Positions 24,701 through 36,870 of a stretch of 64,000 nucleotides of DNA are shown here, piece by piece (the first letter of the stretch is position 1; each line of letters starts with the position of its first letter). The position numbers and the translations under genes are program-made. The stretch lies in contig OZ218953.1 in NCBI GenBank assembly GCA_965112735.1, positions 2,232,001 through 2,296,000 of the forward strand, given 5' to 3'. The notes beneath the pieces were generated by a model, which saw only the letters and a list, made by a program, of their open reading frames with translations, was not told the DNA's origin and made no database searches. The DNA comes from Phaeosaccion multiseriatum (taxonomy: Eukaryota > Protista > Ochrophyta, other classes).

Positions 24701-27700
24701 CGTCTGATTCCTCTCTGCCGTCCCTCACTTCCCCCCACACAGACATACATACTACACCTGCATGCAGCCATATCCACATCTTTGTCCCTGCCTTGACTCT
24801 CACTCTCTGGTCACTACCTACTCTTGGCTGCACCCGTCGAAAACACCTCTCGTGGGCTCTATCCATCGCGCCACTCAGCTGGGACACGGGGCGACAAACA
24901 ACATCGGGGACAACTCAGGAGAGATGGGAGACTCTCTCACCCCTGTGTTCCTCGGCAGCGCATCGGAAGACGCCACAGCAATTGCGGTCGGGACCGATCA
25001 CGCCTGCGCAGTAAGTCACCCGAGCGAGAGGGGGGGGCGGGCTGGCTGGGGCACATGTCTTCTCCTCCACGCCCTAAACTACCTCGTATTCCTTTCTTGG
25101 CGCTTGTCACCTGCCAAACACGAACACACACACACACACATGCACAGATTCGCCGCAGTGATTCTGGAGTGGTGTGCTGGGGGGATAATCTCGAGGGACA
25201 GGTATGTTGGGGAGAATGGGAGCAGCCTGTGCCTGAGTAAGCGTTTGAGCCTGAGTGGGATGAGCCTGGTCACGAGTCTTACGCCCGACGGCCAACCAAA
25301 CACACACACCACACCCCCACTCTTCCGTTGTCCGCCGCTTGTTCTCTTGCCCCCTTGCTTCCCCTCGCTGGGACGATGCTCCCGTCACAACATCGCTACT
25401 TCATGTGCCTCGCCCTTGTTTCTGTTTTTCCCTCACATCCAACGTGTCAAAACAGCTTGGCATCGGCACCGAAGACTCAGTCGGGGACACCTCCTACAGC
25501 TCCATTGTAAGCACCCAAACCACGACACATCCCTGTGCCGTTGTACTCCCCCCCATCCACTGCCATCCGTCCACACTCTGCAAGCTCACCCTCTCCCACC
25601 TACTCACGGATTTCCCTCCCTCCCTCCCCCCCTCCTTCCCTCCATCCTCCCTCCCCCCCTCCCTCCCTCCCTCCCTCCCTCCCTCCCTCCCTCCCTCCCT
25701 TCCTCCCTCCTTCCCTCCCTCCCTCCCTCCCTCCCTCCCTCCCTCCCTCCCTCCCTCCCTCCCTCCCTCCCTCCCTCCCTCCCTCCCTCCCTCCCTCCCT
25801 CCCTCCCTCCCTCCCTCCCTCCCTCCCTCCCTCCCTCCCTCCCTCCCTCCCTCCCTCCCTCCCTCCCTCCCTCCCTCCCTCCCTCCCTCCCTCCCTCCCT
25901 CCCTCCCTCCCTCCCTCCCTCCCTCCCTCCCTCCCTCCCTCCCTCCCTCCCTCCCTCCCTCCCTCCCTCCCTCCCTCCCTCCCTCCCTCCCTCCCTCCCT
26001 CCCTCCCTCCCTCCCTCCCTCCCTCCCTCCCTCCCTCCCTCCCTCCCTCCCTCCCTCCCTCCCTCCCTCCCTCCCTCCCTCCCTCCCTCCCTCCCCCCTC
26101 CCTCCCTCCCTCCCGCCCTCCCTCCCTCCCTCCCTCCTTAGACTGCGGTGGACCTTGGCACGGGTCGAAGCGCCACAGCCATCTATGCAGGCGATAGGGT
26201 CTCCTGTGCTATCTTAGACAACGGAGACTCCAAGTGCTGGGGCGTCAACGATGAAGGTGTGGACCGGGAGGATGTGCTGGAATCTCTCAAATCGCCCAGC
26301 TGCGTGCATGGGGCGGAGAACCTCCAAGCTCGCTCACTCACTCGTCCGACTCACTCACTCACTCACTCACTCACTCGTCATACTCACCCACTCGCCACAC
26401 TCACTCACTTACTCACTTACTCACTCACTCACTCACTCACTCACTCACTCACTCACTCACTCACTCACTCACTCACTCACTCACTCACTCACTCACTCAC
26501 TCACTCACTCACTCACTCACTCACTCACTCACTCACTCACTCACTCACTCACTCACTCACTCACTCACTCACTCACTCACTCACTCACTCACTCACTCAC
26601 TCACTCACTCACTCACTCACTCACTCACCCTCTTCCTCCCTCGTCCCCTCCTTTTCACCCTGACCCGACCTCGGCTGTCATACTTGTGCTACATGCTGTT
26701 TGTGACTGTGTCTGACGGTGCTTTGATTCTCCTCCAGCCCAATTGGGCCAGGAAAGCTGGCACGATATCGGAGATGACGTCGATGAGCTCGGAGATGATC
26801 TCCCCGCGATAGCGTGGGGAACGGGCCGAACTGCGGAGGACATGTGTCTGGGTGATGGTCGCGTCTGCGGGGTGAGCCCATGCGAAGCTTCCGACACATA
26901 CATGCCTGCCGACTGCTCCGTCACCCATCTCACAGCCAGCGCCCTCAATGACTGTCCTTTCGGCCCAATGCCTGTGGCTTGACTTACTTGCTCGCTGTCA
27001 ACACGCACAGGTGCTGGACAACAATGACCTAGCTTGTATAGGCGGAAATTCAGAGTGAGTGTAAGAGAGAGGGAGAGAGAGAGGATACTGCCACGGTTGT
27101 GGCCTCGTGATTCAGCCCTAACTCACGAATGTGTGTATCCTATTTAGAGGTCGCCTGGGGAGCGAGACAACAAACGACGAGGTGTGGTATCCCTTTGAGA
27201 CCATCGATTGGGGCACGCTACCCACCCCAGCTCCGACCGCGGCCCCAACCATGGCACCCACCAGAGCACCAACAGTCGCACCCACTCAGGTACGGGCCGT
27301 GCGTACCCTTTGGAGGGAGGGAGAGAGGGGTACACACACTATAAGTACAGTAGCAACATGAACGCGTTGACCTACTACTACTTCTCTATATTCCCTGCTC
27401 TTCTCTCGCGCCTCTCCCTGGTCCGTTAGGCTCCAACAGCCGCGCCCACTCTAGCACCCACTGTAGCTCCGACTCAAGCGCCCACTCTGGCTCCAACGGT
27501 CGCACCAACTACTGCACCGACTCTAGCCCCAACTCTGGCCCCGACTCAGGTGTGTCTTGATTGTCTACCTCTCTTTCTAACCCCTGCTAGCTCTAACCCT
27601 AGCTACCCCACCACCACCACCCTTGTGGTCTCAGGCTCCAACGGCCGCACCAACTACAGCACCGACTCTAGCCCCAACTCTGGCCCCGACTCAGGTATGC

Positions 27701-29781
27701 CTTGATTGTCCTCCTCTCTGCTTGCCCCTGTTCTAGTAACCCTACCCCACTTTGGGTTTTCAGGCTCCAACGGCCGCGCCAACTACAGCACCGACTCTAG
27801 CCCCAACTCTGGCCCCGACTCAGGTTCGCGATAAAAGCGACTATGCCATTTGCTTCCTTTCGTTGCTCGTCGCTCGCTACTCACTGGTGCTCGGCTGTAT
27901 ATGCTACCATCCCCTTGTGCTCTCAGGCCCCGACGGCAACACCAACTGCAGCGCCGACTCTGGCTCCAACTCTAGCTCCAACGACCGCACCCACTCAGGC
28001 TCCAACTGCCGCACCAACTACAGCACCGACTCTAGCCCCAACTCTGGCCCCGACTCAGGTTCGCGATAAAAGCGACTATGCCATTTGCTTCCTTTCGTTG
28101 CTCGTTGCTCGCTACTCACTGGTGCTCGGCCGTATATGCTACCATCCCCTTGTGCTCTCAGGCCCCGACGGCAACACCAACTGCAGCGCCGACTCTGGCT
28201 CCAACTCTAGCTCCAACGGCCGCACCCACTCAGGCTCCAACTGCCGCACCAACTACAGCACCGACTCTAGCGCCAACTCAGGTTCGAAAGGGGCGGCGCC
28301 AACACTCTTTGCTTCCTCTCTTCGATCGTTGCGCGCGTCTCATCGGTGCATTAACCACACCCACCTACCGAACAATCACCCCCGTGGAAAGATGGACCAT
28401 GGTGGCAGCCCTGCTCATCCACTTCTTCCTTTCATTCGTTTGCTTTGTTTGTCCTTCCTCCTCCGTCAGGCACCAACAGCTGCACCAACAGCAACGCCGA
28501 CAGACGCTCCAACCGCTCCCACTCCAGCAGCTCCCACAGTACCTCCGACACAGGTGTGGATGGGTATGCATGTGCTTGCCATCTCAAGCTCTCGTTGCAT
28601 ACATGCACGCATCGTCGCCCGCCCTCATGATCCATCCATACTCTGTTGGTCATTAGAGTCTGGCTGCTGTGGGACTAACATGAATACGTGTACGATTCTA
28701 TGATTCTTCCTGATTCTCTTGCGTCTCGTCATCATCTGCTGCTTTCGCGCGGCGTTGATGTCGGCACCACCAGGTGGACGGCAGCTACATCAACGGCACG
28801 TGCACGTTGACCGTCGCCACAGAAGTGGACTTTGATGGCGTGCTACAGTTCCTCCTGGCAGACGTGTTGGTGCTCGCAGCGGATGTCTCGGTGGTGCGCT
28901 CGGACGTCACGCTCGTCGACGTTAGTGACATTGAGGAGGAAGAGGAGTCCGACGCAACTCGCAGCCGTCGCAGCCTATGGCCGCCACCATCAACACTCGC
29001 AAGCAAGGACTTGTTGCAGGGGGGGGCTCCTCTCAGTCTGCCAGTGGTGCAACGACAAGAAGAAGCAGAGGATACATCGTCACACTCGTTGGCGAGGCGG
29101 AAAAAGGACTGCTACGTAGCGGCGACAGGACTGGCCAGTCATGAAGCTGTGTCTAGCATCGGGGGCGGTACCGCGCGGGAGCTGGAAACTACCAATAGCA
29201 GCAGCAGCAGCAGCAGCAGTGGCGGCGTGGAGATTCGGTTCATCCTGGCCAATTTCGAGTCTGACTCAGAGCTGTCAACGGCGAAGGATAACATGAGAGC
29301 GGCCTACGCGTCCGGCGCTCTCGACGATGGCTTCGTAGCGCGTTGGGCACTTACGCGCGACATCAGCGATGTAGATGACGACGACAATAACGATGGCAGT
29401 GCTCCACGGTTTACCAGCTTCGTGATCGATGCAGTCCTGCAAGTGGTGGCAGAGACGCCCGACTGGGTCTTTTGGGGGTTGCACCTGCAAGGCTGGATCT
29501 TTGTGAGCGTCGCCTTCTCAGGTCTGTTCTTGGCGGTGGGCTGTGCCTTTGCCTGGGGGCTGTGGGGCACCTGCGAGGCACCTGTGGGGCACCTGTGGAT
29601 CACCTGTTGCTATTACGCTCGGCGCATCCGTTACAAGATTCCCAAGGCTGTGGGAGGGAAGGAGAGCGTGAAAGTCGCTGTCGCGAATACGATGTACGCA
29701 GCCAAGCATATGTCGGAGAGATATCTTGAGGCATTTCCCGATCAGGCCTGGGAGAATGAGGAGAGCGAGGACCTCTTATAG
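21796..29781 (+). CDS. Type I membrane/surface protein: RCC1/BLIP-II beta-propeller, PT-repeat (PTxAPT) mucin-like stalk, juxtamembrane domain, TM helix and cytoplasmic tail
   Basis: 25 phase-consistent exons: 21796-22061, 22163-22244, 22412-22480, 22659-22757, 22904-22922, 23050-23134, 23352-23376, 23754-23813, 24062-24130, 24242-24287, 24545-24549, 24879-25010, 25148-25201, 25456-25506, 26142-26256, 26738-26871, 27011-27054, 27148-27289, 27430-27549, 27635-27694, 27764-27823, 27927-28058, 28162-28281, 28470-28553, 28774-29781. Repeated CWG.N..GQLG.G and VDLGTG..A..I.AG....CA blades. TM segment WIFVSVAFSGLFLAVGCAFAWGLW. Confidence 0.85.
25613..26628. repeat. (CCCT)n (25613-26137) and (CTCA)n (26333-26628) intronic microsatellites
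   Basis: Direct inspection. Confidence 0.95.
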
Positions 29782-30179
29782 TATCGAGTGAGTGTTGCTC
29801 GTTGCTTCTTGGACGGGCCGAGCGAGGGAGGCACCTAGCGGAGACAGGCAGCCGCGCCGTGGTCCGACAGGAGAACGGCGGTGGGGAGAGAGCAATAGAT
29901 CGCTGGATGAGCATTTTATGTTGTACAAAGGCACATAGCATAGCAGTAGGCTACAGCTATCGGGGGCAGGGATCAGGTTGTTGGGTCGATATGCGTGCGT
30001 ACACTGTGGCAGCCAGTGTGGTGGTCGAAACAAAACTCAACTTCTTTACAAATGACATACTATAGATAGTATCGCGTCCCCCCCCCCACTCTACAGACCG
30101 CAAGTTTGTCGTCGTACTCGCCCCCTTCAGTTTGACTGAGCTTATGAGTGAAAGAGGAAGAAAGAAAGGTAGGAAGGAA

Positions 30180-30860
30180 TGGAGGGAGGGACAGAGGGAC
30201 GGAGGGAGGGTGGGAGGGAGGGAGGGAGGGAGGGAGGGAGGGAGGGAGGGAGGGAGGGAGGGAGGGAGGAGAGGGAGGGAGGGAGGGAGGGAGGGAGGGA
30301 GGGAGGGAGGGAGGGAGGGAGGGAGGGAGGGAGGGAGGGAGGGAGGGAGGGAGGGAGGAAGGAAGGAAGGAAGGAAGGAAGGAAGGAAGGAAGGAAGGAA
30401 GGAAGGAAGGAAGGAAGGAAGGGAGGGAGGGAGGGAGGGAGGGAGGGAGGGAGGGAGGGAGGGAGGGAGGTAGGGAGGGAGGGAGGGAGGGAGGGAGGGA
30501 GGGAGGGAGGGAGGGAGGGAGGGAGGGAGGCAGGGAGGGAGGGAGGGAGGGAGGGAGGGAGAGAGGGAGGGAGGGAGGGAGGGAGGGAGGGAGGGAGGGA
30601 GGGAGGGAGGGAGGGAGGGAGGGAGGGAAGGATGGAGGGACGGAGGGAGGAAGGGCGGGAGGGAGGGAGGGAGGGAGGGAGGGAGGGAGGGAGGGAGGGA
30701 GGGAGGGAGGGAGGGAGGGAGGGAGGGAGGAAGGAAGGAAGGAAGGAAGGAAGGAAGGGAGGGAGGGAGAGAGGGAGGGAGGGAGGGAGGGAGGGAGGGA
30801 GGGAGGGAGGGAGGGAGGGAGGGAGGGAGGGAGGGAGGGAGGGAGGGAGGGAGGGGGGAG
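30180..30860. repeat. (GGGA)n/(GGAA)n microsatellite, intergenic
   Basis: Direct inspection. Confidence 0.95.
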
Positions 30861-31330
30861 GGCGGGGGGAGAAGGGAGGGACGGGGGCGGGGAGGAGAGA
30901 GGGAGTGGGGAGGGAGGAAGGGAGTTATATGATGACTTAATAGAAAGCAATCACCTTACAAACGATCGAAGGAGTGTGGGTGTGTGTGGGTGAGAGAGAG
31001 AGAGAGAGAGAGACGAGAGGGTCAAGGTGGAAGGGAGGGACATTTTCATTGGTCTGATGGCCTGTCTGGCTCGCTCACTTGACTCAGTTCACTCACTCTT
31101 CCCCTCTCTTTTCTCCTCGTCCTATGCATAACTACCGAGCCAGCCAGAACGGTCTTTCCACTCTCTTCCTTCGTGATGTTCGCTCACTCCCTCAGCCAGG
31201 CCCACGCCCGCACGGCCCCCACCAATTCGGCCCCTGACAACAAGAAGGCAGGTTCTGGCTGAGTGTTAGCCTCCGAGTCAAGGGCAGTGCGTGACGATCC
31301 TTCCCGGAACAGCTCTCAGTTCTCTAACTA

Positions 31331-31707
31331 CTCCCTCCCCCCCTCCCTCCCTCCCTCCCTCCCTCCCTCCCTCCCTCCCTCCCTCCCTCCCTCCCTCCCT
31401 CCCTCCCTCCCTCCCTCCCTCCCTCCCTCCCTCCCTCCCTCCCTCCCTCCCTCCCTCCCTCCCTCCCTCCCTCCCTCCCTCCCTCCCTCCCTCCCTCCCT
31501 CCCTCCCTCCCTCCCTCCCTCCCTCCCTCCCTCCCTCCCTCCCTCCCTCCCTCCCTCCCTCCCTCCCTCCCTCCCTCCCTCCCTCCCTCCCTCCCTCCCT
31601 CCCTCCCTCCCTCCCTCCCTCCCTCCCTCCCTCCCTCCCTCCCTCCCTCCCTCCCTCCCTCCCTCCCTCCCTCCCTCCCTCTGTGCCTCCCTCCCTCCCT
31701 CCCTCCC
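31331..31707. repeat. (CCCT)n microsatellite, intergenic
   Basis: Direct inspection. Confidence 0.95.
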
Positions 31708-31737
31708 TTCGACCCTGCTGGGGCAAGATTACGGTGT

Positions 31738-32010
31738 GCGCCGGCCGTAATCAGTAGTGAGCCCCCGGCTGGCGCATAATCAGTATAGGCCGGCTGGGCA
31801 CCGGCTGTAATCAGTAATCAGGCCGGCTGGCGCCGGCCATTTCCTCGGGCTGGCGCCATAATCAGTAATCAGATAGGTCGAGGCCTAGGCCTAGAACCGC
31901 CGGCCTAGGGAGAAAGAATGGCAGGCCTAGAGCGGCCAACGGCCGCCGGCCTAGGCCTAGAGCGTCCAACGGCCGCTCGGCCTAGGGCCTAGAGCATAGG
32001 CTTCTAGGCC
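31738..32010. repeat. Composite hairpin minisatellite: ~5 degenerate units of GCCGGCTGGCGCCGGCCGTAATCAGTAATCAG followed by ~4 units of GGCCTAG(AGCGGCCAACGGCCGCC)
   Basis: Direct inspection. Units contain GGCCGGC-TGGC-GCCGGCC and GCGGCC-AAC-GGCCGC stem-loops. Confidence 0.75.
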
Positions 32011-32951
32011 AGTCTGGAGCCGACTTGATGATGTCCTTGTCCTTATTGCCTCCAAGTCCGGTATATCCTACCCTCGTCTCCTACACGGCCTTGTCCCTTC
32101 CCTTTGCCCCCTTCACGGCCTCATCCCTTTGCCCCCTACACGGCCTCGTCACTGAACCGCCCCTCCCACTGTCCCGAATTTGACCGAAATAGACCTCCTC
32201 GATATCCAATGTCGATGTCCTGCCCATACACTTACATGAGGCGAGCCAGGTTCGTTCGGGGAAAGCCATGTAATAAGGCAATGATGAGGGCCAAGGCTGC
32301 TCTGCCAAGGCTCGCCAGCGGGCCAGGTTCCAGGTTCTGGCCTGGGTCGCCTCAGAAGCTTGTCAGGCGCCGACACCAATCGTGATTACTTTAATAGCGA
32401 CCCCACACCCCACGTTGAAGATGAGTTCCAGCTTGAAGGCGCAGCTGAATTTTCTGTGCCTCCCCACGAGTCGACACGAGCAAGCCGTTGGAGTCCTCAG
32501 GATGCAACTCTGAGGACCTCGAGCTCTGAGGAGGGGCCTCGAGTGTGGACGAGGAGGTGCAAGGCTGTTCGTGGCGTCGTTTGAGGGCCCGTTACCGTTG
32601 ACCCTCGCCGAATATCCATAGGTTTCAACAAGATCGATCTTAATTTGAAAATTCAAAACCTTCATCTTTTTGTCCCATCAGTGATTCGGACTTTCCAAAT
32701 CGGACTTTCCACACGGGTGCAAGCTCAAGCTCTTGCTTTATTATCACACACTTCACTGTTAAACTTCACAGGTCAAGATCCGACCACAACAAGTCTCACA
32801 CATCCCCTTCGGTAAGCGAAAGACAGGACATGGCTGCTCCCAGTGGAGAGCCTTTATTTTTATTTACACGGCCCTCCCGCGCTGTTTGTCCGTTTCCCGC
32901 GTTGCCGCGCTGAACCCATCACCACCACAGAGTCTCAGCAGTACAAAGACC

Positions 32952-34505
32952 ATGACGACCACCGACGCAACGGCGCCTTCCGGTGCCTTCGCGCCCGCAG
33001 AGGTTGCGGTTGCCACCAAGAAGGCGCTGTCGAGTGGCAAGCCGCCAGTCCAGCTCTACGAGGAGGGCAAGCTCTCTCGCGCCCAATTCGACGATCTTGA
33101 CCGAGCGATGCCCTACCAAGTGGGCTTCGACCTGTCGGGACAGTTCGACCTAGACCTGGCCAAGAGCTGCTTCATTGAGTTCTTCGCGACCATGCTCTTC
33201 CTCTACTTCACGCTCACCACGGTCATCTTCTCGGAGGTGCAGGATCCTCAGGCGATGCGGCTGATGGTCGCTTTCGTCTTCGGCCTCAGCATCTTCGTCC
33301 TCGGTGAGTGAGCGGAAAGAGTGTGTACTATGAGCCGCTCCTCACTGCGTGGCGCCCTCTTCTCCACCACGGGATCTTGTCTTCAACACAGTCCTCCTAG
33401 CGCCCTCGCTCCTTCTTGACTAGCGCCTCTCTCCTCTCACCAGGATCTTGTTTCTGTGGTGGATACTGCGATTCCTACCCCTCTCACACTCCCCACCCCC
33501 TTCGCGTTGTCTTCCCTTTACAGTGTACATGTTTGCCGTCAGCTCTGGTGCAAACATCAACCCCGCGGTCAGCTGGTAAGCAAGGCGGGAATACAGAGCA
33601 TTTCTTGGAAGCGCGCTTCCTCTCCGCGCCTAACTGCTCCCCCCCGGTCGCCCCGCTTCTCTCCCCCTTCTCTACTCGTGCTGTCACTCACGCTGCCTTT
33701 CCAGGGGACTCATGCTCGGCAAGAGAATCTCCGTCCAGAGATGCATTGCTTACATCATCTCCCAGTGCCTCGGAGCGGCCGTCGGAGCCGCCTGCGCGAT
33801 GGGCATGGAGGAGGGCAATTTCGACAGCTTCAAGGGAGCCGCCAACCTCATTTCTCCCGACGTCTCGGTGAGTGAGCAGAGTCGAGGGGGTCACGGCACG
33901 CACGAGAGTGAGGGCCTTGGCCGCACACTTTGTTTCCCACACTCACTCACTTGCCCCCAATCCCGGCTTCCTTTTTGTCTCTGCCTCAGATCGGAGCTGC
34001 GTACTTCGGGGAGATGATCTGCACCTGCCTCCTCATGCTGGTCGTCCTGCACGCCACCTGCTCCTCCATGACCATCTACAGCCCCCACTACAAGTCCCTC
34101 CTTCCCTACGCCATCGGCATGGCCGTTACCATCGCCCACCTGGTCCTCATCCCCGCCACCAACTGTGGAATCAACCCCGCCAGGTGAGGGAACTGAGGTA
34201 GTTAGTAGTTAGTGAAGGAGTGAGGGAGAAGCCGCCACACATATAATATCGCAAACTCATCCCCCGCGCGCCCTGGCACGCCCTTCCTCCCTCTTTTTTT
34301 TGCTCCTCGTTGGCTCAGATCGTTCGGAGCTGCCGTCGCCGGCGGTGAATGGAAGGATCACTGGCTGTTCTGGCTCGCCCCCCTGACCGGCTCCACCGTC
34401 GCCGTGGTCCTGTTCGAGTCCGTGTTCCGCCTGCCCGAGCCGCAGCTCTCCGAGGCTGCAAAGAAGGCCATCGACGAGGCCGACCAAGGAGGGCGAATCG
34501 TCTAA
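32952..34505 (+). CDS. Aquaporin (MIP family), PIP/AQP1-like
   Basis: Exons 32952-33303, 33524-33575, 33705-33867, 33990-34183, 34319-34505. Motifs: EFFATMLFLY, SGANINPAVS (NPA1), GEMICT, NCGINPARSFG (NPA2), HWLFWLAP. Confidence 0.95.
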
Positions 34506-35129
34506 GCGTCCTCCACGCACGCCCACACACTTGCGACGCTTTCGCTTGCCTTCCAAGCAGAGGCGCTACACTGTATGCCATACGCAATCATCACACAACC
34601 ACAAAATTTCAATCACCAGTTCAAGTGAATGTATGATCCCCTCCACGTCCCGGTGCCTACTAGAGGACAGCACCTTTGTTTTGTTTCTTTGCTTAGATCA
34701 AATTAAATACAAACCCTTCGACACAAAACGCTAACGTCAAGACATAGGTCTCCTCTCGACTTCTCCCTGCTGGTTCTACACACACCGCCGATTGGCGAGG
34801 AGACAAGTGCTCCTCCGTTTGCCCGGCATGCACACCTCTGATGAACAAAACTACGGAGAAAAGGGAATGTGTGTTTGTATTACGACGCTGCTGCAGACGT
34901 ATTTGCTGCTGTCCTCATCTCCCTGTAATCGAGGCTTAGTCCTCCAACGCTGCTACAGATACACTGCTGATGTTTGTGTCCCCTTCGTCAACCTCACACG
35001 ACCCTCCGAGCTCCTTTGTAGAGGATGACCTACACCATTTATGAAAGTATCTCTTGCTCTACTTGCCCCCTTAATAGTGTATACCACGCACGCACGCACG
35101 CACGCACGCACGCACATCTCAGGCGCCGC

Positions 35130-36870
35130 TCAGATGGTCACGCCTCCCTCAGGCTCAAACACAGCACCCTGCTCCGACAGCTGCTTGTGCGCCTCGGCAT
35201 AGTCCTTGAAGAAGGCCTCCTGGTCATCCTTGTACAGGAGGGCATACTTTCGGAAACCCTCGTCCTTGAAGAGAATGTTGTCGGTCTCCAGCTTGAGCAG
35301 CTCGGGGTCGCAGTCCGCGTCGGGCACAGTGGCGTAGTAGCTGATTCATTGAGTGATTGGAGTGCCGCATTGCCAGTAATCCACCCATCCATCCAATGCA
35401 GGAACCAAACAGAGACACCCAAAGCACCAAAAGGAGTGAGTGAGAGTCAAATCATGGCATGGCAGGGCGCAAAAATGACAATCCTTTACTACAGACACAG
35501 CAAGCAGGAGTCCCAAGATGCGGCACGGGCCTATGCGTGTGCGTGGTTGCGTGCTTTACCTGTTGTCGAACTTGAGCCACTTCTCCGTCCACGAAGAGCC
35601 TCCCTCCTTCCCGTATCCCTCCTTCCCGTCCCCCCTGGGCTTGGCACCGCCGCAGGTGAACTTCGTCTTCTCCGCACCGAGGCCGCTGCGGTGCTTGTAG
35701 GCTCGGCCCAGCGTGTGGGCACCAGACAAGGCCACGATCTGCCACAAGACATGGGCCGTAATGTAAGGCACAACGTGAGGTGATGAGGGGAAGGGGGTGT
35801 GGGGGGCGGAGGAAGGGGTGAGGACTTGAGACGCTGCAGCCGAAGGAAGCCAACAGCAGCGCACAAGTGGAGCTGCGTCAGCAAAGCCTCCCCATCCGTT
35901 CGCTATCCTCGCAGGGCGCTACGCGGGGATAAGACAGACCATTGGTACATGCGTATTGGCTCTGACTGACTGACTGACTGACTGACTGACTGACAGACGG
36001 GCCGACTCACCCCCTTGTCGTCGAAGCCCTGACGGTAAAACACGTTCCTCAAGTGTCCCTCAGGGGTTCCCGGGTCGGGGAAGGGGGGGGCGCCTGTTCG
36101 AGGGGGGGGATAACGTATGCGTGCGTGCGTGGGGGCGGCGATAACAGAGCAGCAGCAGCAGCAGAAGGGCAGTCAGAGGGGGCAGAACGGAGCTTCTAAA
36201 AGGGACAAGCATAGACAACCCAAAGGGCAAACACGCACTGCACTGGAGCAAGCACGCACCGGCGGGGAGGTTTCCCTCCTTGTGGCAGCAGTCCGGCCCC
36301 TCCGCACTCTTTCGTCCGTACTTCATATCAATCTTGGGCCCTCCCGCCACCTCCACAGCAACGGCGGAGGCCATCTGCATGGCATCTGCCCAGCCCACGG
36401 TGGGGTACTTCTCCACGAAGGGTTGCAGCATCTCGACCGCGTTGGTCAGGCCGGCGTTGGCGCCGTGGCCGTTCTCGGGGGGGAAGCGAATAGATCCATT
36501 GGCGCCTCCGCACTTGGGCCACTCGCTAGTGGGGATGCTCTTCTCGTACGTCCCTGAATTGATGGAAAGAGGGAGAGAGAAGTGATACGAGGTTCACAAA
36601 CCAACCCTTCCTCCCTCAAACCCACCGCACCACCCTCCCTCCGATTCACTCCATCACCCTCCTCCTACACTCGGGGCACAATTTAGGCTCAATCAAAGGA
36701 TAAAGGATAAGGGTTTTTAACCCTGTCCCTCCCTCTGGAAGCGTTTGCTTACCTGAGTCGTGCCACGCCAGGCGGATCATAATGGGGCCGCTGTTCGTCT
36801 CATCCAGGAACTTTTCAAGATCGCTCTTCAACGCCTTGAGCTCCTCGGGGTTGGGTCCAGAGGTGGCCAT
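35130..36870 (-). CDS. APX: L-ascorbate peroxidase (class I heme peroxidase)
   Basis: Exons 36870-36753, 36553-36260, 36093-36011, 35738-35560, 35340-35130. Distal [23 protein letters not shown], proximal [41 protein letters not shown]. The ATG directly follows a CAG acceptor, implying a 5'-UTR intron with a probable donor at 37358. Confidence 0.93.

Noticed and set aside
21796-27289. UVR8 photoreceptor or nuclear RCC1
   Set aside because: No GWRHT motifs. It has a PT stalk and TM helix typical of a surface protein.
31738-32010. CRISPR-like array of ~32-bp palindromic repeats
   Set aside because: The units are degenerate and essentially adjacent, with no unique constant-length spacers and no cas genes, in a eukaryotic context.
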